DNA of 63,509 nt, counting the filler, from Licmophora abbreviata (lineage: Eukaryota), in assembly GCA_900291995.1 (NCBI GenBank). It is 15 parts of 15 records of this genome, joined end to end, with 100 filler letters (N's around TTAATTAATTAA, not from the genome) between each part and the next. Parts side by side here need not be neighbours in the genome. Positions count along the whole stretch, not along the records: positions 54,492 to 56,454 come from OLMU01001469.1; positions 56,555 to 58,359 come from OLMU01001470.1; positions 58,460 to 60,648 come from OLMU01001474.1; positions 60,749 to 63,509 come from OLMU01001475.1; 11 more parts are not named here. One strand, written 5' to 3'. Positions 55,557 through 63,509 of the stretch are shown one piece after another (the first letter of the stretch is position 1; each line of letters opens with the position of its first letter). The translations under genes were made by a program, and so were the position numbers. The notes under the pieces were generated by a model, which had not been told where the DNA came from, did not search any database, and was given only the letters and a program-made list of their open reading frames with translations.

Positions 55557-56698
55557 TTAACTTTTCTCCTGTTTGATGACTACGTCGAGAACTTTTACTT
55601 GTGGGATTTTCAGCCCTTGTGTCTTGTGAATCTGAACGAGCGGACATGTCAGCTTGGACCCATCCTTGGGAGGGAACTGAGGCTTTCCTCGTGCAGCACA
55701 ACGATGACATGCCTTACCGTGCGCAATCAAGAGGCAGTGTAAATCCAGTTTGAGACCGTCCGGCACGACGGAATTCAAGTGCTCGTAGGCTCCTTCTGCC
55801 GTGCAACTGGACCCAACCCATCCGATACTCTTGGTTATGCGATGGACGTGCGTGTCGACCGGAAAGTCAGGTCGCCCCATGGCGAACAGTAAGACACATG
55901 AAATGGTCTTGGGACCTAGTCCTTTGAAGCGTAATAAGTTCGATTTCACGCCCTCGTCAGACAAGTCTCGCAGAAACTCGAGCGAGACAGTGCCCCGCTC
56001 CTCCTGCAGCATTTCGAGCATGGCATGAATCCGGTCAGCCTTTATCGCAGATAAACCACCAACTCGAATCGACTCTTCTAGTTGCTTAACTTTCTTGGTG
56101 GTGTCTCCTTGCATGTAAGATTCCCAGGTGGGAAAGACATGTTTCAACCTTCGAAAGGCCTCGGTCGAATTGGCACTAGTGGTATTCTGCGATAGCATTG
56201 TGGATACGACGCCATCGAGAATGGTATCCTGATCTCCGCAGGATGCTGAAAACTCTCTTCGGCGTTCCTTGTTGCGCTGCACGACCTCTGGATGCAATCT
56301 GGCGAGAGCATCGACCGCCCACTGGCATTCATACTGCGTTGGGCGGGTGGTTGAGGTCGCGAAAAGACCACCTAATACGAGTGCCTTTCCCGGTTGCTTC
56401 TGCACAGAGCTGCTAGCGCATATATCTGGGGTCACAGCAGCAAGCTTTGCCACGNNNNNNNNNNNNNNNNNNNNNNNNNNNNNNNNNNNNNNNNNNNNTT
56501 AATTAATTAANNNNNNNNNNNNNNNNNNNNNNNNNNNNNNNNNNNNNNNNNNNNCTTTGCCACGCTTGGATCTGAGCAGGAGGGAGGCTCCACCTTGATC
56601 CGTACTGCTTGCCGCCGGCGACTGACTCGACGGCGTGGTTCAGAGGCTGCGGCGGCAGAGCTCGTCGTTTCGGTTTCATGCTGTTTTCTTTTTGGCAT
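55557..56698 (-). CDS. HhH-GPD DNA glycosylase (endonuclease III-like); spans gap 56455-56554
   Basis: TMLSQNT, FKGLGPKTISCVLLF, FPVDTHVHRI, HGKACHRC. Contig ends overlap (CTTTGCCACG), giving MPKRKQ...PSVAKLAAV. Confidence 0.9.
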
Positions 56699-56965
56699 GA
56701 TCACAGAGAAAGATCCTTCCGATCCTTTGCGCAATGTTAACGGGAAGGCAGATAGTCTTGACTATCATACCAGTCTTGACTACCAAGAGCGAAACGAAGA
56801 AGGGCAGTCTGCGTCAGTGTCACCGCCATCGGCTGTTCGGCACAACAACGAACGACCGGTGACGAAGCCGCGCGCGGCAGCACAAAGAAAAGTCGAATGA
56901 GTCGACTGAGTCGAATCAATCTATCTCACCCCTCATGCGCGTGGCAGTCGACACTTTGTGTGGCC

Positions 56966-58359
56966 ATGAAGATACAGGCGGCCGGACAGTGGCGGTGGAA
57001 CTCATTGTTGCTCTTCGTGTGCCTCTCCCTTGCTATCTTATTCGCATCTTCTGCACAGACAACGCCTGGATCGTACTGTCCAAGCAGCAGTATGTGCACG
57101 GATACCCCCAACGAAGACATCAGCGACCCCGTCGCCGCCGCCAAGCACGCCGTCGCCGCGCATCCTGACAGCCACGTTGAAATGGGCATGTCGTTCGCCT
57201 CCAATGTATGTCCTTCCTTTCTATCTCAGTCAAATGACAATTTTCTCGTATTGGGCCGCAGTATTCAGAACCTGGTCCAAGTTCATTCCGAACATCTAGA
57301 GCAGAATCTAGAGCGCGTTGTGGACTACTGCAACACCCTCTCGTCGTCGCCTTCCATACAGGTCCCCAAGGTCCGCTTCGGAAAGACAGAACTGCAGATG
57401 CCCATTCTCACACTTGGCTGTATGCGTTTTCAACAAGAGTGGGGTCCTCGCATCACCAATATGAACCAGGTGGGGACCGACTGCCAGGACAATCTCGTCA
57501 GGATCCTTCGCCGCGCCTTGGAGCTTGGCATCAATCACATTGAGACGGCGCGTGGATACGGAAGTTCGGAGCTGCAGATTGGGGCTGCGTTGAAACAGCT
57601 CATGGCCACTGGCTTTGTCAAGCGGGAAGACATCATTCTGCAGACAAAAGTACGGGCGTTTGCCAATGTCACCGAGTTTCGCGAAACGCTTGAAACGAGC
57701 TTTCGTAATCTGCAGGTGGACTATGTCGACCTCTTTGCCTTTCATGGACTGAACCTCGACGAGAACTATGACTGGGTCTTTGGGGAGAATGGATGTTATG
57801 AGGTCGTGGAAGAGTACAGGGCGGCGGGGAAGATCCGTCATGTGGGCTTCAGTACTCACGCTCCGCCTGGATTAATTCGGCGACTTATTGAGACTGACAA
57901 GTTTGACTACTGCAACCTGCATTATCATTACTTTGGATCCTACACGGCGTCTGGCTGTGGTGAATTCCAAGGAAATCTGGGAAACGTCCGCCTGATGCAC
58001 GAAAAGGACATGGGTGGTACGTATTCTAGCGGCCCCGTTGCAGTGTCGTCGTACATTGATGCTTCTTCATTCTCACGATGGTCCCTTAATTGCTGCCCTC
58101 CAGTATTCTCCATCAGCGCATACGATAAGGGTGGCCGGTTGTACGCTCCCTCGAACAAGCTTCGGTCGTTGACCTTACCCGACTTGGAACCGATGGAATT
58201 CGGAAGTGCCTGGTTGTGGAACCATCAAAGTTTCGACTCGAAAGCGGCTCCGATTCATACGATTGTCTGCGGTGCTGCAAGGCCCAGTGATCTGGATCTG
58301 CCGGCCGTCACGGCGTACCTTCAGAAAACTCAGCCCGATCTTCTTCTCCAGAAGGTGAA
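56966..58359 (+). CDS. Aldo/keto reductase-family oxidoreductase with signal peptide; 3'-partial; intron 58017-58103 and possible intron 57206-57268
   Basis: VRFGKTELQMP...GCMRFQQ, GINHIETARGYGSSE, LQTK, DYVDLFAFHG, GKIRHVGFSTH. Confidence 0.88.
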
Positions 58360-58459
58360 NNNNNNNNNNNNNNNNNNNNNNNNNNNNNNNNNNNNNNNNN
58401 NNNTTAATTAATTAANNNNNNNNNNNNNNNNNNNNNNNNNNNNNNNNNNNNNNNNNNNN

Positions 58460-60641
58460 TCTTTCGCCCTCCGACTACCAAGATTTTGTAGAGAATGTGA
58501 AATCCAAAGTCCATCTTCAGAAATCGCTTGTTTTGTATGGATATCTGCCGTCCATCTTCAGTAGTACTCCGAGTAGTGGCGAGGAGAAGTCCAATGGAAC
58601 TAGACACGAAAGCTCTCCAAGTTTTCGGAATGGAGATGACGCGGCGAGACTCTTGCTGGAGGTACTCGGCTGTGCGAACCAGAAAGTCAATCGCTCCTAT
58701 GGGAACCGCGCCACCGACGCTCTCCAACAGGATGCGTGCACAGGCGCCGTCTCCGAAGTTTTGAGCGTCAGACTGGCGCCCATGCCGAAACATGTAGAGA
58801 CGGCCGTAGTGGATTGGAAGAAAGGGGTCAACGGGGCATTGGAGGAGCGCTTGTCGGGCTCAACGGCACAAATCCGCGTCCTCGGTCGGCTTGATTTGCC
58901 GAATGCCAATCGATTCAATGCCGAGATGGATCTCAAGCTTCGTCGTGTGGAGTACTTGCTACCGGCGGACTTCTTCATGGATAAGAATGAATTTCCATCA
59001 CGGGACGAATTCTTTCGGCGGTTGCCCTCGTTCTCGGCCGATACGCACACCGCTTCCATGGATCAAGGTGATGACGCCAATAAACCCATGCTGAAGTTTT
59101 CTCTCAGGATGAAAAAGACCATGCAGTTGCTGACAACGGATAGTGCCGAAAATCGCGACAAAGCTAATCTACAGATGGAACAGTCTTTTCACGAGGGAAG
59201 GAGAAAACGACGAAACAAACCGAAAGACAAGAGAAGAAAGGAGATGACGAATGATTGTAAAGACGAGTCCAAACGGAGTACTTTGAGCGAGACAGAGGGG
59301 TCGGGCGGGGGTGACACAGTATCACAGAAAGCCAATGGATCTCCCACGACTGGAAAAAGAGGGAAAAATGTCTTGCAGCGTCGACGCTTCCATAACTTTA
59401 CTCCCCGGGTCATGGCACACGAGTTCTTGGCCTTTCGACGACTCACCCGGTTCTACCATCGTGCAACGATACCCTACAACGATGATGACAGACCCTTTTT
59501 GGTATTGTCCTTGACGGGTGACTTGTTCTTGCAAGGTCAAGTGCATCGATTGGTAGGTTTGCTAGTGGCTCTCATGAGGGGGTTGGTACCACCCGACATG
59601 GTGGATTGTATCATGGACGAGCGCTATCCTGACTTGGTGCCGACGCCGCCGGCGCCTGTGTTTGGCATGTATGCCGCCGAAGCTGCCTTCCCCAGCTGGG
59701 AGGGTAAGGCGCAGCTCATACTGACACCGCGTGCGAGTGATCGATACCCGGGTGGATGGAATAACGAGGAGACGCTCGCAGCTGTTCGAGAATGGCATAC
59801 CATCGTGCAAGCAAGGACGGTTGACGTCTGGTGCAAGGACGGCGTGACGCTCGAGGGTCGATTGGTCGCTGAGGAGGAGTGGACAAGGGATGTATTAGAG
59901 CCATGGGCTGATTCCGCGTTGGAGCAACTGAATTGTTATCGCCAGTGGAAGCAGAAGCCACAGCAAAATGTTCAGTATCGTCTCGAACGAACAACCACGA
60001 CACCGATTGAATCCCCGCTAAGTTCTGTGGACACCACTGTTCCTGCCTTTTTCCAGACCGTGTTGCATCAGCTCCGACAAATCAACAGCAGTGGTCAGTG
60101 GCCGGGTACGACTGCGAAACGGCGTTTAGTTATGGTGGACACGAACAACACACCCAACAACCTAAAAGACACGAGAGCAGCAAAGGAGGACGACACCAAG
60201 AAAGGCAACCTGAATGCCGTGTACACGAACGATGGCGCCAGTGGCAGTTTTTCCGTGGGCGCCATGCCAGGCGACAGTCCACAGCCCCGAGCCAACACGT
60301 TGTTTCCGGAACTCGTAAAGGCAGCCTTTGAGCTAGAGCGGGCTTTGTGTCCCCACCGAGAGTCCAGCAGCACGATCGCCGTCAATCGCAATGCCCAGTT
60401 TCGTCCCCATACCGACAGTGGTAATGGTGCGGGACAATCCACATCACTGATTGTCGGTTTGGGTACGTACACGGGAGGCGGTCTTGTGGTGGAGGGAGCC
60501 AAGCACGACATTCGCTACAGAGCGCTTGAATTCAACGGATGGAAAGAACGGCATTGGACTATGCCGTTTGAAGGAGAACGGTTTAGTTTGGTGTGGTTCA
60601 CTCCGATAGGATGTGAAGGAGTGCATGGCATTGAACAGTGA
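58460..60641 (+). CDS. TruA/PUS1-like pseudouridine synthase domain fused to a C-terminal 2OG-Fe(II) dioxygenase domain; 5'-partial
   Basis: IRVLGR...FNAE...RRVEYLLP, FHNFT, LTGDLFLQGQVHRLVGLLV, PTPPAP; then AVNRN..FRPHTD, YTGGGL, H.T.PFEGERFSLVWF. Confidence 0.8.
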
Positions 60642-60819
60642 GGGTGAGNNNNNNNNNNNNNNNNNNNNNNNNNNNNNNNNNNNNNNNNNNNNTTAATTAA
60701 TTAANNNNNNNNNNNNNNNNNNNNNNNNNNNNNNNNNNNNNNNNNNNNAACAGTGAGGGTGAGGCAGATGAGGTTACAGTTGATGGATAGACTATGATAA
60801 AATGACTGATAAGATTGTT

Positions 60820-61881
60820 TTAGTCATTTGGACAAGCAAGAGGTCCGCCCTCGTCTACTCGAAAATCGATCGTTGTGGTTGGCTGGTGGGACGATCGGCG
60901 GAGCGTGAGGCTTCGTCGAAAGGATGTGGTGCTGTCGGTAGCGTACTCCCTTCTGGACACCCAGTATGACGTGTCGACACAATTGGCCCAGCTGAGTCCT
61001 AGAGCAGGGAGAGTGACGGCATTGTTGTTGTTGTTGGAGAAGTTGGCGGATACTTGATTGACGACCACCATGGGAACCTGATGCGAATCACTGAGTCGTT
61101 TGAGTTGTGCTGCCATTCGGAAAAGCAGCTGACTCCGTCTTGCAAAGTGGGTTTTGCTGTTGTTGTTGTTATTTTTATTTGCAGGAGATGTAGTTTCAGC
61201 GACACGAAACATGGCAGCCAGACTGTCCAGGACGACGACTCCAACGGAGGTTTGGCGGAGGGTAAGAGGGAGGTCGTGTTGCAGAAAGTGCTGCAGTTCG
61301 TCCTCGTTGCGGACGGAACGAGTCCATATGCGATCCAGTAGTAGTGTTGTTGTTGCAGAGGAGGTAGTAGAGTCTGTACCTGTAGATCGAGCAGTGAGCA
61401 TTTGTTGAAGACGTTGGGCGATCTTGGCTTGTGGTGATCCTTCTCCGAGAGAGAGATAGAGAGCTGTTTTTCGTTGGTGCAGAGCACAGGTGACGCAGAG
61501 TCCCAGTGCGAGCTGTGTCTTTCCAGCGCCAGCACTGCCAGCAATCTCAGTAATGCCCGTTTCGAGCGGGAAGACGGTGTTCTGTGATGAAGAATGATGA
61601 GAGTCGGGTCGTGCTCGTCTGTGTGGCAAGATATGAAGTCGAAGAGAGGTCGCGTCTCGTCTACGCTCGTCTCGGAGCATAGACAGGGCCGGGACTGGAC
61701 GAACCGAGACAGGGCCTTCGTGAGTACACTGTCGAGGTGTTGGTTCTATTTGCTGCTGGTGCTGCGGCCGAGCATGGTCTGAAGTAGTGTCACCAACAAC
61801 AACGAGTCGGTTTGGATCTTGGAATGAACTCTCTACTCTGACGGTGGACGTGGCCTCCGCCGGAACGATGCGAGATGCCAT
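60820..61881 (-). CDS. XRCC3: RAD51 paralog, XRCC3-like
   Basis: GITEIAGSAGAGKTQLAL.LCV, VVVLDSLAAMFR, VVVNQVS, PALGLSWANCV. Confidence 0.85.
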   Translation of the reverse strand: MASRIVPAEATSTVRVESSFQDPNRLVVVGDTTSDHARPQHQQQIEPTPRQCTHEGPVSVRPVPALSMLRDERRRDATSLRLHILPHRRARPDSHHSSSQNTVFPLETGITEIAGSAGAGKTQLALGLCVTCALHQRKTALYLSLGEGSPQAKIAQRLQQMLTARSTGTDSTTSSATTTLLLDRIWTRSVRNEDELQHFLQHDLPLTLRQTSVGVVVLDSLAAMFRVAETTSPANKNNNNNSKTHFARRSQLLFRMAAQLKRLSDSHQVPMVVVNQVSANFSNNNNNAVTLPALGLSWANCVDTSYWVSRREYATDSTTSFRRSLTLRRSSHQPTTTIDFRVDEGGPLACPND

Positions 61882-62244
61882 GGATTAAGACTGACTGACT
61901 AACGACTTGACTCGACTCACTCACTTTGCACCTCGAGTGAGAGGTCAACTCATCATTATCATACATCATGACACACTTCATTCTGCATCCGAGCTGGCGC
62001 GCGCCGGTCGTCGAGGATGGGATTTGAAACTGACATTCCCACGTAGGAACGAGTACAAAGTCTACACAGACACAACGAGCTCTTTCATCCTCCCGAAGCA
62101 TTCTACACAACGGCCATACACGAGCTCCAGTTCTCAAGGCAAAATTATGGCGCGACGTGCAGAATTTCCTACACCAAGGCACAAATTTCATCACAACTCA
62201 AAACTTGCTTCCACTCACTCGACGATCCGTAGTCTACCTTGACC

Positions 62245-63509
62245 ATGTCGATGTACGTCGTGAAGCGCGGTGGCAGACGCGAGTCTGTGCACTTTGACAA
62301 AATCACCAGTCGTATTTCCAAGCTCTGTTATGGGCTGGACCCGAAGGTGAGTGCCAACAGACCTTCCAAAGACGAGTCCTACCTGCACACATCGCAGTAC
62401 CAGCGCCACGTACCGGTACACACAAATGACACAATGACGCTTCTGATCTCATCGCTCTCTCTCTCTCTTTCTTCCTATAGCACGTGGACCCCGTCATCAT
62501 CACGCAAAAGGTCATCCAGGGTGTTTATCCAGGCGTCACCACCGTAGAGCTTGATGAGTAAGTATCATTCTTCTACAAATTGACTGCCACTACCCACTCT
62601 GCGTCCTGACTCCCATTCACAGGTGAACTCGTACAGACAAACATCACTCACTCTCCTCCTCTTTTCTCTCCTCGCACAGACTCGCCGCTCAGACGGCTGC
62701 TTCCTTCGCCACGCAGCATCCCGACTGCAGTATCCTCGCTGCCCGCATTTCCGTATCAAACTTGCACAAGATGACCACCAAGTCCTTCTCCGAAAACATG
62801 CAAGAGTTCTACAACTACAAGCATCCCAAGACAAACGCGCCGGCGCCTCTCATTTCAAAAGAGACATACGACGTCGTCATCAACAACAAGGACCAGCTCG
62901 ACGCTGCCATCATTCACGATCGCGACTTTGAACTCGACTACTTTGGATTTAAGACGCTCCAAAAGAGCTATCTCTTGAAGATGAATGGAATCATCGCAGA
63001 ACGCCCCCAGCATATGCTCATGCGTGTCAGTGTCGGCATTCACGGAAATGACATCCCAAAGGTCATTGAAACCTACGACTTGCTCTCCCAGCGCTACTTC
63101 ACCCACGCCACTCCCACGCTTTTCAACGCCGGAACCTCCAACCCACAAATGAGCAGCTGCTTCTTGTTGACTATGAAGGAAGACAGCATTGATGGAATCT
63201 ATGATACTCTCAAGAACTCGGCCGTTATTTCCAAGTATGCAGGAGGCATCGGACTTGCCATCCACAACATCCGGGCCAGTCAGTCCTACATTCGCGGTAC
63301 CAATGGAACCTCCAACGGAATCGTACCCATGTTGCGCGTCTTTAACAACACCGCTCGCTATGTCGATCAAGGAGGAGGAAAGGTATGCAACCAGGGATTC
63401 ATTCTTCCCCCCGAAACTCTCAACACATTTACTCACCCACTATCGCGCTTTTTATAAATTGCAGAGAAAGGGCAGCATTGCCATTTACTTGGAACCCTGG
63501 CACGCGGAC
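62245..63509 (+). CDS. RNR1: Ribonucleoside-diphosphate reductase large subunit, 3'-partial; introns 62347-62480, 62558-62679, 63383-63464
   Basis: ATP cone [50 protein letters not shown], spliced [21 protein letters not shown]. Confidence 0.97.

Noticed and set aside
2631..60748. Repeated TTAATTAATTAA flanked by Ns as a biological repeat or CRISPR-like array
   Set aside because: It is a fixed 100-nt assembly spacer with six-frame stops; ORFs ending in XXXLIN are artefacts.
1..63509. tRNA, rRNA, transposase or retroelement genes
   Set aside because: None recognised by eye; a tRNAscan-SE, Infernal or RepeatMasker run would be needed to exclude them.

Overview
Gene-dense eukaryotic nuclear DNA of roughly 50% GC with short GT-AG introns. 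It is most consistent with a diatom-like stramenopile: bipartite 'xxA-F' plastid signals, RXL and Ser/Lys-rich secreted proteins, and diatom-type ankyrin and bZIP genes. The window is 15 contigs joined by 14 artificial 100-nt linkers (N44-TTAATTAATTAA-N44); at least three joins overlap, so their local order is real. About 33 protein genes are supported. They include a tandem cluster of secreted Pro/Thr/Ser-rich proteins with five copies of an unnamed ~190-aa 'DLGTPN...DDNAYGG' domain, a silicalemma-protein-like membrane protein, p97/Cdc48 cofactors (PLAA, SelS-like, UBL-PUB-UIM), DNA repair and replication genes (FANCI-like, NSE1, HhH-GPD glycosylase, XRCC3-like, RNR1), transporters, enzymes and TIM50. 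The main signals the ORF track misses are two selenoprotein genes, each with an in-frame UGA and a foldable SECIS in the 3' UTR. One is SelS-like (UGA 13819-13821); the other is a probably mitochondrial DsbA/FrnE-like protein with a UPNG motif (UGA 51277-51279). Also notable are a TruA-like pseudouridine synthase fused to a 2OG-Fe(II) dioxygenase and a GT15+GT25 fusion. All family calls are by-eye motif recognition; no database searches or folding programs were run.
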